Source of the DNA: Candidatus Nanohaloarchaea archaeon | Lineage (GTDB): Archaea; Nanohalarchaeota; Nanosalinia; Nanosalinales; Nanosalinaceae | Length of the DNA: 38,987 nt | NCBI GenBank assembly: GCA_042217665.1 | Contig: JBDGSH010000075.1 | Coordinates: forward strand, 1-38,987 | Direction: 5' to 3' | Program-made: the position numbers and the translations under genes | Shown: piece after piece, positions 8,343-15,952 of the stretch | Layout of the letters: each line of letters opens with the position of its first letter | Numbering within the stretch: position 1 is the first letter of the stretch | The notes under the pieces: generated by a model | Told to the model about the DNA's origin: nothing | The model's input: only the letters and a program-made list of their open reading frames with translations | Databases searched by the model: none

Positions 8343-9163
8343 TATTTATGTATGGGGAGTTCCTTCTCTTTAAAGGTTTCAACTATTCGATCCTTAAACC
8401 CCATAATTTTCAGCAGAAGCAAACCGTTCAACAGTAACGACGCCAGCAACAGGATCTTCCACTTGTTCCTGAATGCTTTCTGGAGGATGCCGGGTTCGTA
8501 ATTTAGGCTGATAGAGGTTTTTCCCACCACAGTCCTGTTCTCGTCGAGTATATAGTATTCTAGCGTTCTCTTCTCGTTGAATAATGTCGGCTCGTATTCC
8601 AGTTCCGCTTCACCGTTCCTGATTCTGACCGTTGAGACCTTCCATTTAGCGGGTTTATCCTTCGGCACCATTAAGCCTTTTTCCACGCCTGTCTTGATCC
8701 TTGAGCTTTCCTTTTCAACCTTCAGTAGCTGCGTCTCTACGTTTTTCTGTGTGGAAATGTTTTTCCTTGCTTTAAACGTAAAGTTTGACAGCCTGGTTGT
8801 CTCTCCGCAGTAAGCCAGGCTTAACCGTGTTGAAACATTACCAGTGTAGTTGTATGGTACGTATTGAAGATCCAAAACAGCGGTTTCTCCCGGCCAGAGA
8901 GCTTTGGGTGCTGACCACTGCGTATCAGTAGTATTCTTGTAGTTAAAATCCGCTTTAAGCCTGTAATTGCAGCCAATCGAACCAGTGTTTTCCACAATCG
9001 CTGTAATATTCTGAATTGTTCCTACGTTCTCTGTATAATTGTATTTAACGGTGTTCTGACCGGTCAGTCCTGTGATATCTACTTCAAACTGTATAGCTGT
9101 CGCTGTTCCCAGTAAGAATAAGAAAGAAAGGGTTAAAACGGTTAAGCGGTTAGGTCTAGCCAT
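8342..9163 (-). CDS. Secreted beta-sandwich protein with C-terminal TM anchor
   Basis: Signal peptide MARPNRLTVLTLSFLFLLGTATA. CARDB-like strand pattern (ITAIVENTGSIGCNYRLKADF...LWPGETAVLDLQY). C-terminal TM WKILLLASLLLNGLLLLKIMGF with a short basic tail. Several N-X-S/T sequons. It overlaps the upstream gene by 22 nt. Confidence 0.7.
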   Translation of the reverse strand: MARPNRLTVLTLSFLFLLGTATAIQFEVDITGLTGQNTVKYNYTENVGTIQNITAIVENTGSIGCNYRLKADFNYKNTTDTQWSAPKALWPGETAVLDLQYVPYNYTGNVSTRLSLAYCGETTRLSNFTFKARKNISTQKNVETQLLKVEKESSRIKTGVEKGLMVPKDKPAKWKVSTVRIRNGEAELEYEPTLFNEKRTLEYYILDENRTVVGKTSISLNYEPGILQKAFRNKWKILLLASLLLNGLLLLKIMGFKDRIVETFKEKELPIHK

Positions 9164-9597
9164 ACCTGTCCTATTGCGTTGGTAGGTGTCCGGATTTTCA
9201 TCTTGACCTTTCCTTCGTAAGTTCCTGCTTCTGTGGCGTTGAATCCGATCTCAAGTTCCTGTGAGCCTTTGACTCTGAGTTTTTCGTCAAACTCCAGGGC
9301 TTCTGAAATGTTTCCTGTTGATCTAAGCGTGACTACTGACTCTTTTGTCGAGTTTACCTGCAGGAACTTTATTGATTCAGACTTGACCGGTATTCTACCG
9401 AACTTGAGTTGAGAGTTGGTTACTATGCCGATGTCCTTGGTCCGATTGTCTGTTGTGTCGATTGCTGTTCCTTGAGCGTTGAAAACCCGTGTCTGCGTGT
9501 TGACGGTTAGTGCCGAGATCAGAAGCGGTATGGCTACGAGAACAATCACAGCCCCTACTACGGCGGCTGCAGCTTTGTTCTTTTCTATTTTTTCCAA
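9142..9597 (-). CDS. Small N-terminally anchored beta-sandwich protein (possible class-III/pilin-like signal)
   Basis: TTG start. The N-terminus is MEKIEKNKAAAAVVGAVIVLVAIPLLISAL: a charged head followed directly by a ~22-aa hydrophobic helix with no obvious AxA cleavage site. The rest is beta-rich (ELEIGFNATEAGTYEGKVKMKI). Confidence 0.55.
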   Translation of the reverse strand: MEKIEKNKAAAAVVGAVIVLVAIPLLISALTVNTQTRVFNAQGTAIDTTDNRTKDIGIVTNSQLKFGRIPVKSESIKFLQVNSTKESVVTLRSTGNISEALEFDEKLRVKGSQELEIGFNATEAGTYEGKVKMKIRTPTNAIGQVWLDLTA

Positions 9598-9618
9598 GCC
9601 TAAGTTTTCTAGATCGAT

Positions 9619-10704
9619 CTATATCCACCTATAAAATATGTAGCCAACTACCAGTATTAAAAGTATCCCTGAAAGCAGGTCTGGAAGCTCTGTCAACAGT
9701 ATCAGCGATACCGCTGTCAGGAACCCGACCACTCCCAGGATTGTCACCGGGTTGATCTCGAAGTAGTACATTACCGACGCCAGCAGAAGCAGCGCTACAA
9801 CGATGACCCAGTACGGAACCTGGCCCTCCTCTTCGGGCGATGTCTGCGTGATCTGGATCTCCTCCGGTATCTTTATCGAACTGTCAATATACGCCTGACC
9901 GGTTATGTAGTCCATGTTTCCTTCGACACGGTACTTCCCTGTCTCTATGTTCTGTTCGGTCCAGAAAGTCTTCACGATCCTTGTCTCGTCGGGCGCCAGG
10001 TATCCTCCGCCTACCAGAACTTCGCCTGTCTTGTTACCCATCTGGTTGTAAATAGTGGTTTCAGCGGCCTGTATACCGGTTGTAACAGTACCATTATTCT
10101 TCATTAAGAAATCGATACGGGCTTTACCGGGTCCTGCGCGTTTACCGTTCACACCCAGAATTTTAAGGTCTCTCTCGGCTTTTCCAGGTACTTTGAAGAC
10201 AAAAACGAACTGTGTCAGGCCTACAGTCTGTACAGAGGTCGTCCCTGTTCCTCCGCCGCCGAAGTCCGGGTTCAGGTTGATCGCGCCGGCGTGGTAGCCT
10301 GGCTCAGCGTTTTGAGGGACTGAAACGGTGAACTCGACGGTTTTACTTGAACGGGCAGTTCCGCCTCCCGCCAGGTTGATAGTTCTTGTATTGTCAGGAT
10401 CTACCTGGTAGGTTTCCTGGCTGAAAGAGATCCAGTCGCTTATATCTTCCTCAGAAGCCTTGGAAGGAACGTAGTCGTACCGCTTTCTAGGACCTCCCTT
10501 CAGTATATTGTTATTGGGGCGTTCATATGTCGGCCTTATCAGGAACGGACTGTTACGGTCTGTAAGTATGTAGAATTTGGCTTCGTACGATTTACCTCTC
10601 TCCAGCGTCCCTAAATCCATTACTCCGGGAGCTGTTCCTACATATCCTGTTGAAAGGGTTGTCGCTGCCAGTACTGCCAGTGTTAGGAATAGAATTTTCT
10701 TCAT
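9619..10704 (-). CDS. Secreted two-domain beta-sandwich protein with C-terminal multi-TM anchor (first gene of the operon)
   Basis: Signal peptide MKKILFLTLAVLAATTLST. Two Ig-like segments (GVMDLGTLERGKSYEAKFYI...; KILGVNGKRAGPGKARIDFLMKNNGTVT...). About three C-terminal TM helices. Shine-Dalgarno AAGGAG (complement of 10713-10718) lies 8 nt upstream of the ATG. Confidence 0.7.
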   Translation of the reverse strand: MKKILFLTLAVLAATTLSTGYVGTAPGVMDLGTLERGKSYEAKFYILTDRNSPFLIRPTYERPNNNILKGGPRKRYDYVPSKASEEDISDWISFSQETYQVDPDNTRTINLAGGGTARSSKTVEFTVSVPQNAEPGYHAGAINLNPDFGGGGTGTTSVQTVGLTQFVFVFKVPGKAERDLKILGVNGKRAGPGKARIDFLMKNNGTVTTGIQAAETTIYNQMGNKTGEVLVGGGYLAPDETRIVKTFWTEQNIETGKYRVEGNMDYITGQAYIDSSIKIPEEIQITQTSPEEEGQVPYWVIVVALLLLASVMYYFEINPVTILGVVGFLTAVSLILLTELPDLLSGILLILVVGYIFYRWI

Positions 10705-10758
10705 TCAGGTATCTCCTTGGTCTGAACTTCCTCCCCTACCTAGTTTTTGTGAAAGGGG

Positions 10759-10765
10759 TTTTAAA
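10759..10765 (-). promoter_or_regulatory. TATA-like box for the 10704->5682 operon
   Basis: TTTAAAA on the minus strand lies ~55 nt upstream of the ATG at 10704. This is consistent with a short SD-containing leader. Confidence 0.35.
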
Positions 10766-10831
10766 GTGGTTTCTGCCGCTGCTCTCACGCACGCGCATCA
10801 GTATTAACTTGACAGGTTAAGAGACGGCATC

Positions 10832-10839
10832 TTTTTAAA
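10832..10839 (+). promoter_or_regulatory. TATA-like box for the plus-strand paralog pair
   Basis: TTTTTAAA in the divergent intergenic region. The predicted transcription start near 10863 lies downstream of the track TTG start at 10854, which argues for ATG 10911 or 10926. Confidence 0.4.
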
Positions 10840-10910
10840 CAAGCTCCGCCTATTTGAGAATAAGCGAAGGGGAATCTGGAGGGGGAGCCCAGAACAACAG
10901 CTTCGCAACC

Positions 10911-11990
10911 ATGGTCAAACCAAATATGAAAGAATACTTACACCGGAAAAACACTGTTAAAGCCCTCCTCGCAACCCTATCACTGCTATTTCTAATTTCA
11001 ACAGTCTCGGCTCAAGACACACAGAACAATTTACAGGTCAGTGTGAACATTTCCTCGCGGACAATCGTAGACATTCAGCCCCAGACATTTGCGTGGGGAA
11101 CCGGATCGTCAATGGTGGAACCCGGAAGCCTGGCCGGTCCACAGGAAGAGCAGAACGGATATGGTCGAATCCAGATCGAGAACCTGGGATCGGTAGACAT
11201 AACCGACGTATGGTTCAATACAACAGCACCGGATCAAAGACCTTTCGGAACAGGCTCAGCCTCAGCATACGACTCAGGCAACTTCATCGCGCTGGACAGG
11301 AACTCAACCTCTACAGACAGAAACGCCTTCGTTGAACGTAAAGAGTTCGGACTCGACCAGGTCGCAGGAAGAAACGACAAAGACATAATCTACCTAAGTA
11401 CTCCTGACGGCTGGGACTACGGCCGATTCAGAAACACTTCAAAAGAATACTTCTGGACTGTGAACGATACAGGAACAGACCTGACTTCCGCAACCTTCAG
11501 AATAGGAATCAACCATCACAACTCCACGCAGACAGGATCCACAAACCTGGACAGTGCATGTGTTGGAGGAACTACTGCAACAGGAACCGCAAACTGTAAC
11601 GGCTACACCTTGAACCAGGTTACAGATGCCAACGGAAACACCTGGGGCGTAGCCGGAATAGAAGTAGGTGTGGAAGACGCCAACACAGGTCCAAATGATG
11701 GAGGAACCGAGTACTGTGTAGCAATCAACGAATCAGCAGCAGTCTCCGATTCCACCCCGCCTACAGCCACTTTCATCAAATGGAATCCTGGCCACCCGGC
11801 TGTACAGGCCGCAGGAAGCGGATCAAGTTGTATGAACGCAGTAAACTACACGATCGGAGGAAGCGCTCCCAAAAGCAGTCTTGTTCCAGGAGACTGGACA
11901 ACGATGAACATTCGAGCCAAGATACCTTACGGCGTTGTTTCAGGATCGCTTCCGACAGGAAACCTTGTTGTTTTAGCTAACAGCAACTAA
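10911..11990 (+). CDS. Secreted protein, paralog 1 of an uncharacterised family (candidate major surface or fibre subunit)
   Basis: Sec signal KNTVKALLATLSLLFLISTVSA|QD. Motifs shared with the next gene: QVSVNISSRTIVDIQP, IQIENLGSVDITDVWFNTT, RPFGTGS..YDSGNFIALD, FVERKEFG, DGWDYGRFR, EYFWTVNDTG, FRIGINHHNSTQTGS. ATG 10926 is an alternative start. Confidence 0.7.
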   Translation: MVKPNMKEYLHRKNTVKALLATLSLLFLISTVSAQDTQNNLQVSVNISSRTIVDIQPQTFAWGTGSSMVEPGSLAGPQEEQNGYGRIQIENLGSVDITDVWFNTTAPDQRPFGTGSASAYDSGNFIALDRNSTSTDRNAFVERKEFGLDQVAGRNDKDIIYLSTPDGWDYGRFRNTSKEYFWTVNDTGTDLTSATFRIGINHHNSTQTGSTNLDSACVGGTTATGTANCNGYTLNQVTDANGNTWGVAGIEVGVEDANTGPNDGGTEYCVAINESAAVSDSTPPTATFIKWNPGHPAVQAAGSGSSCMNAVNYTIGGSAPKSSLVPGDWTTMNIRAKIPYGVVSGSLPTGNLVVLANSN

Positions 11991-12051
11991 CACTTTTACT
12001 CGTCTCAAAACCGCGAAAAACAAAAACCAGATTAAAAGGAGGTGAACAAAA

Positions 12052-13011
12052 ATCAAAAACACAAGCAAAGCACTCTTAGTCTTTCTAGCAGCAGCTCTCT
12101 TCACAGTTACAGCTGCAGCCCAGTCACCAGCAACAGACGACTCACAGGTAACAGTGAACGTGTCACAGCGGACAGCGATCGACATTTCTCCATCAACACT
12201 CGCTTACCAAGGAGTAGCACCTGGAGAAATGCTTAGCGAAGCGACAGCCAGTGAAGAAAACTTCACACACGTCGAGCTGGAGAACATAGGGTCAACCAAC
12301 ATTACCCAGGTATGGATGAACGCTTCAGTACCTCAAAGTAATCCGTTCGGTACAGGAGTTACAGGAAACTACGACGCAGGAAACTTCATCCAGATCAAAC
12401 CCGAGTCCGATCCGGAGCTACAGGTCAATAGCAACGGCGACTTCACGTTCGTAAACAGAAAGGAGTTCAACGAGACCGACGAACTCAGCTACATCTTCAC
12501 ACCTAGCGACTCCTGGGACTACGGAAGATTCAGACTCGGTGAACAGGAAGTCTTCTGGGCAATCAACACTTCAGGAAGCAGCTGTCAGACAGGTTCAGGA
12601 CAGTTCAGAGTAGGTGTCAACCCACACAACCAGACAGCGACAGGATCCAACGACTTCAGAACAGTAAACGGAGAGTACACAAGTTACAGCCCTGTATCAG
12701 TGCCGGGCGGAGTAGTAGCTCAGGATGTGTGGATCAACACGTCAAGCACCACGAGACAGTACGACGTCAAGCTTGAATGTGGCGGAGCTTCAACCACAGC
12801 GATCAGGAGTAGGTACAATCCTGGTGTCATCAACGACACAGCGGAAAGCGCAGTCACGCCTATAGTGGCTCAATCAGGAAACATAGCTTCAGAAGCAGCT
12901 ATGCAGCCTGGTGAGAACTTCGCTGTGAACGTTTCAGTTAACGTTCCGCAGGGAGTTGCTCGGGGTCAAGTGGATCAAGGTACTTTGAGAGTGCTGGCTT
13001 CCACACAGTAG
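12052..13011 (+). CDS. Secreted protein, paralog 2 of the same family; the start is probably non-canonical (AUC) or masked by a frameshift
   Basis: The track ORF begins at GTG 12154. The same frame stays open back to the TGA at 12043-12045 and encodes a clear signal peptide (KIKNTSKALLVFLAAALFTVTAAA|QS) that aligns with paralog 1. There is no ATG, GTG or TTG in 12046-12153. GGAGGTGA at 12038-12045 lies 6 nt upstream of ATC 12052. Confidence 0.6.
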   Translation: MKNTSKALLVFLAAALFTVTAAAQSPATDDSQVTVNVSQRTAIDISPSTLAYQGVAPGEMLSEATASEENFTHVELENIGSTNITQVWMNASVPQSNPFGTGVTGNYDAGNFIQIKPESDPELQVNSNGDFTFVNRKEFNETDELSYIFTPSDSWDYGRFRLGEQEVFWAINTSGSSCQTGSGQFRVGVNPHNQTATGSNDFRTVNGEYTSYSPVSVPGGVVAQDVWINTSSTTRQYDVKLECGGASTTAIRSRYNPGVINDTAESAVTPIVAQSGNIASEAAMQPGENFAVNVSVNVPQGVARGQVDQGTLRVLASTQ

Positions 13012-13050
13012 GGGAAACTTCCCTCTTTTTCTCTTCTCTTTCTATTCTAG
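13012..13050 (+). terminator. T-rich tract after paralog 2 (candidate archaeal oligo-T terminator)
   Basis: The sequence is ggggaaacttccctctttttctcttctctttctattc, with a T5 run at 13026-13030. It is pyrimidine-rich and followed by a new TATA box. Confidence 0.35.
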
Positions 13051-13055
13051 GATTC

Positions 13056-13064
13056 TTTTTTATT
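13056..13064 (+). promoter_or_regulatory. TATA-like box for the MoxR operon
   Basis: TTTTTTATT is centred 28 nt upstream of ATG 13088 and only 19 nt upstream of ATG 13079. Confidence 0.4.
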
Positions 13065-13087
13065 GAACCGTTTCGTATATGTTCTGT

Positions 13088-14095
13088 ATGAAGGATTTCT
13101 CCCAGCTTTCACGTGAGGAACTGGATGAGCAAACGGATTTCTACGGTGAGAAGCTTCAGAAGCTGGGTGAGGAGATTCAGAAAACTATTATCGGTCAGGA
13201 GGAAGCGGTTGACTCTGTTTTAACGTGTCTGGTGGCTGACGGTAACGCGTTGCTTGAAGGAGTTCCGGGTCTCGGGAAAAGCTTGTTGGTTGAGACTTTA
13301 GGTAGGATCGTTGAGGACTCCGGCTTCAACCGTATACAGTTCACGCCTGATCTTTTGCCTGCGGATATTGTAGGTATTGAGGCGTACGATGAGGATAAAG
13401 GGTTTTATACTGAGAAAGGTCCGATCTTTTCCAACTTTATCCTGGCGGACGAGATTAACAGGGCGCCGCCGAAAGTTCAATCCGCGATGCTTGAAGCTAT
13501 GCAGGAGAACAAGGTGACTATCGGCGACGAGGACTATCAGCTGCCGAAGCCGTTCTTTGTGTTGGCGACCCAGAACCCTGTGGAGCAGGAGGGTACGTAC
13601 CCGCTTCCGGAGGCTCAGGTTGACAGGTTTCTATTCAAGATCGTGATGGATTATCCGAAGCGGAAGAACGAGTTTGAGATTATTGATGTGAACGCTGAGC
13701 GGATGGATATGAATGAGTACGGCCTCAACCAGGTTATAACCAGTGAGGAGCTTATCGAGGCTCAGGAACTGTCGAAAGAGATTATTGTCAGCGACGAGAT
13801 CAAGAAGTATATCCTTGACCTCGTTGAGGCTACCAGAAACCCTGAGGAGTTCGACCTGGAGTATGGAGACTTGATTGATTACGGTGGTTCTCCGAGAGCT
13901 TCTATTAACCTGGCGCTGGCGGCTCGAGCCAATGCTTTGATCAACAAACGGTTTTTTGTGAAGCCTGACGATGTAAGAGAAGTCGTGCATGAAGTCTTCC
14001 GCCACAGAATCATCCTTAACTACGAGGGCCAGGCCCGTGATATTTCAAAAGAGGAGATTATCGACGATATCGTTGATCGTGTGCCGGTGAGATAA
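13088..14095 (+). CDS. moxR: MoxR-family AAA+ ATPase
   Basis: Walker A LLEGVPGLGKSLL, Walker B FILADEINRAPPKVQSAMLEAMQE, and VLATQNPVEQEGTYPLPEAQVDRF (sensor 1 / Arg finger region). The C-terminal lid has GGSPRASINL. The track start is ATG 13079; 13088 fits the TATA spacing better. Confidence 0.9.
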   Translation: MKDFSQLSREELDEQTDFYGEKLQKLGEEIQKTIIGQEEAVDSVLTCLVADGNALLEGVPGLGKSLLVETLGRIVEDSGFNRIQFTPDLLPADIVGIEAYDEDKGFYTEKGPIFSNFILADEINRAPPKVQSAMLEAMQENKVTIGDEDYQLPKPFFVLATQNPVEQEGTYPLPEAQVDRFLFKIVMDYPKRKNEFEIIDVNAERMDMNEYGLNQVITSEELIEAQELSKEIIVSDEIKKYILDLVEATRNPEEFDLEYGDLIDYGGSPRASINLALAARANALINKRFFVKPDDVREVVHEVFRHRIILNYEGQARDISKEEIIDDIVDRVPVR

Positions 14096-14976
14096 TGCCT
14101 GACAAACCTTTCGACCTTAATCTTAAAGAAGAAGTTGATTCAGAGGTCAAGGAGATCAACGAGGTCTTCAGGTTTGTTTTGAAGTACCTGGAGGAGTTTC
14201 AGCCTTCAGGAGTGGAGTTCTCGGAGCTCAGAAAGTACAGAAGCGGGGACGACGCCTCACGCATCGACTGGAAGTCTTCCAACCGGTTGAACGATATCTA
14301 TGTTAAGGAGTTCGACGAGATCAGGGATCTGGATGTGTTTATTGTACTGGATGCTTCCAGCACTATGACGTTCGGCACCTCAGATAAACTGAAGAGCGAG
14401 TATGCGGCGGTTCTGGCGGCGGCGATGAGTTATGCTTCCGCTGACAACGGTTTGAAGGTTGGCATCGGGATTTTTGGCGGTGAGGAAACGTTTATCACGC
14501 CTTCCTCGGGTTTGAAGCAGTACAGGAAGATTTTGAACGAGGTCAGCGATCCCGGGAACTATGGAGGAAGCTTTGATCTTAAGTCCGCGATTGATAAAAC
14601 TGTTAACAACATCAAGTCGAAGAGCTATCTCTTCGTCCTTTCTGACTTTATTGAGACCGGCGAGGGCTGGTCTGACAGGGTTAAGATGGCTTCCAGCAAG
14701 TTTGAAAACGTTCTCTGTATCATGGTCCGCGACCTGAGGGATTACAAGCTTCCTGACGCTGGCAACGTCCGGCTTGGGTCGCCTAACTCCTCCGGTCAAC
14801 AGGTGGTAAACACTTCCAGAATAAGAGAAGATTTTGAGGAAAGGGTTGAGAAACAGGAGGAGAAGGTTAGGAAAAAGGTTATCGGGGCGGGAGCCGACTT
14901 TCTGAAGATTGATACCAGGGAGTCGCCTGGAGCCGCATTACTTAGTTTCTTCGATGAGAGAGGTGCGTTGCAGTGA
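14095..14976 (+). CDS. DUF58-family protein (MoxR partner, VWA-like fold)
   Basis: DUF58 signature ELRKYRSGDDASRIDWKSSNRLNDIYVKEFDE, followed by FIVLDASSTM. The ATG overlaps the moxR stop (TAATG at 14093-14097). Confidence 0.85.
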   Translation: MPDKPFDLNLKEEVDSEVKEINEVFRFVLKYLEEFQPSGVEFSELRKYRSGDDASRIDWKSSNRLNDIYVKEFDEIRDLDVFIVLDASSTMTFGTSDKLKSEYAAVLAAAMSYASADNGLKVGIGIFGGEETFITPSSGLKQYRKILNEVSDPGNYGGSFDLKSAIDKTVNNIKSKSYLFVLSDFIETGEGWSDRVKMASSKFENVLCIMVRDLRDYKLPDAGNVRLGSPNSSGQQVVNTSRIREDFEERVEKQEEKVRKKVIGAGADFLKIDTRESPGAALLSFFDERGALQ

Positions 14977-15914
14977 AGATTGTGTTTACGGATCAGTACG
15001 CCAATCTGTTCCTGATTCTGAACGGTTTAGTTGTGATCTTTTATTTTGCGGCTGTTCAGCAGAAGAAGCAGCGCGCTTTGAAGTTTGGCAACTATGAGAC
15101 GCTTCAGAAAGTGGTCGGCGGCTCGTTTATCAAGTCCTCCAACTTTGTGCTTTTGTTGCGGTTACTAGGCATTTCGCTGCTTTTGATCGGTATTTCGAAC
15201 CCTGTGATTGTCAGGGAGGCGCCTTCCACTGATTCGGATTATGTTGTGGCGTTGGACTCTTCTTCTTCGATGCTTTCCAGTGATTTCCAGCCTAACCGGT
15301 TTTCTGCCGCCAAGGATTTGACTAAAAGTTTTATTGAGAAGCTTCCGCCGAAAACTTCCGTGGGAATTGTTTCTTTCGCCGGTTCTGCCAGTGTTGAACG
15401 TAAGCTTCTGCCTAAAAACTCTTCAGTTGATAGGGTTGTGGAGAATATTTCCATCGGTGATGAAGCAGGTACAGCTATTGGCGACGCTATTTTTACCGGT
15501 TCTTCACTGCTTTCATCCTCCAATCAAAGCCGTAAACTTCTTCTGATTACCGATGGCCGAAATAACGTGGGTCGTTCAATTCAAAAAGCGCTAGGGTTCG
15601 CTGTAACAAACAACGTTACCATTAATGCGATCGGTATCGGTGCTTCTAACCGTTCCATTGATACTAACAGATTTTTAAATGGTACTTACAGAGGATTCCC
15701 TAATCTGGATACTGAAGAGCTTAAGAATATAAGTGAAGCGACAGAAGGTAGTTTTAAAGCAGTTTCTTCCCGCAGCGAGCTGGACGTTGCGTTAGACGAG
15801 TTTTCTACCTCGACTGTTCGAAACGATATTTCGGACGAGTTTGTCCTTTTGGCGGCTCTGCTGCTGCTTATCGAGTGGGTTCTGGCATCTTCAAAGTTCA
15901 GTGTAATTCCTTAA
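14973..15914 (+). CDS. Membrane-anchored von Willebrand factor A (VWA) protein, BatA-like
   Basis: N-terminal TM (LFLILNGLVVIFYFAAV) plus a second TM. MIDAS motif YVVALDSSSSM, then VGIVSFAGSA, GTAIGDAI and LLLITDGRNNVG. C-terminal TM (FVLLAALLLLIEWVLA). The GTG start overlaps the upstream stop (GTGA at 14973-14976). Confidence 0.85.
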   Translation: MKIVFTDQYANLFLILNGLVVIFYFAAVQQKKQRALKFGNYETLQKVVGGSFIKSSNFVLLLRLLGISLLLIGISNPVIVREAPSTDSDYVVALDSSSSMLSSDFQPNRFSAAKDLTKSFIEKLPPKTSVGIVSFAGSASVERKLLPKNSSVDRVVENISIGDEAGTAIGDAIFTGSSLLSSSNQSRKLLLITDGRNNVGRSIQKALGFAVTNNVTINAIGIGASNRSIDTNRFLNGTYRGFPNLDTEELKNISEATEGSFKAVSSRSELDVALDEFSTSTVRNDISDEFVLLAALLLLIEWVLASSKFSVIP

Positions 15915-15917
15915 ACC

Positions 15918-15926
15918 TTTATTTAA
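15918..15926 (+). promoter_or_regulatory. TATA-like box upstream of the acidic repeat protein gene
   Basis: TTTATTTAA lies ~30 nt upstream of ATG 15953 in the 38-nt gap after the VWA gene. Confidence 0.35.
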
Positions 15927-15952
15927 CCGGAGAGAAACTAGTGCTGTAACTT

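Noticed and set aside
10804-10820. Palindrome TTAAC-N7-GTTAA just upstream of the paralog-1 TATA box, as a possible operator.
   Set aside because: Five-bp A/T-rich arms are expected by chance in an A/T-rich intergenic region, and no second copy was found near the other island promoters.
10854-10910. TTG 10854 as the start of paralog 1.
   Set aside because: It lies only ~15 nt downstream of the TATA-like box at 10832-10839, so it is probably upstream of or at the transcription start. It would add a G/E-rich peptide ahead of the signal peptide's normal basic n-region.
12042-12236. 64-aa ORF starting at GTG 12042 as an alternative explanation for the region upstream of paralog 2.
   Set aside because: The GTG is part of the GGAGGTGA Shine-Dalgarno itself, so the spacing is zero. 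The product is S-rich low complexity, while the other frame encodes a signal peptide homologous to paralog 1.
13013-13027. Small inverted repeat GGGAA-AC-TTCCC before the T-tract, as a bacterial-style intrinsic terminator hairpin.
   Set aside because: The 5-bp stem with a 2-nt loop is sterically implausible. The T-rich tract alone is kept as a low-confidence archaeal terminator.
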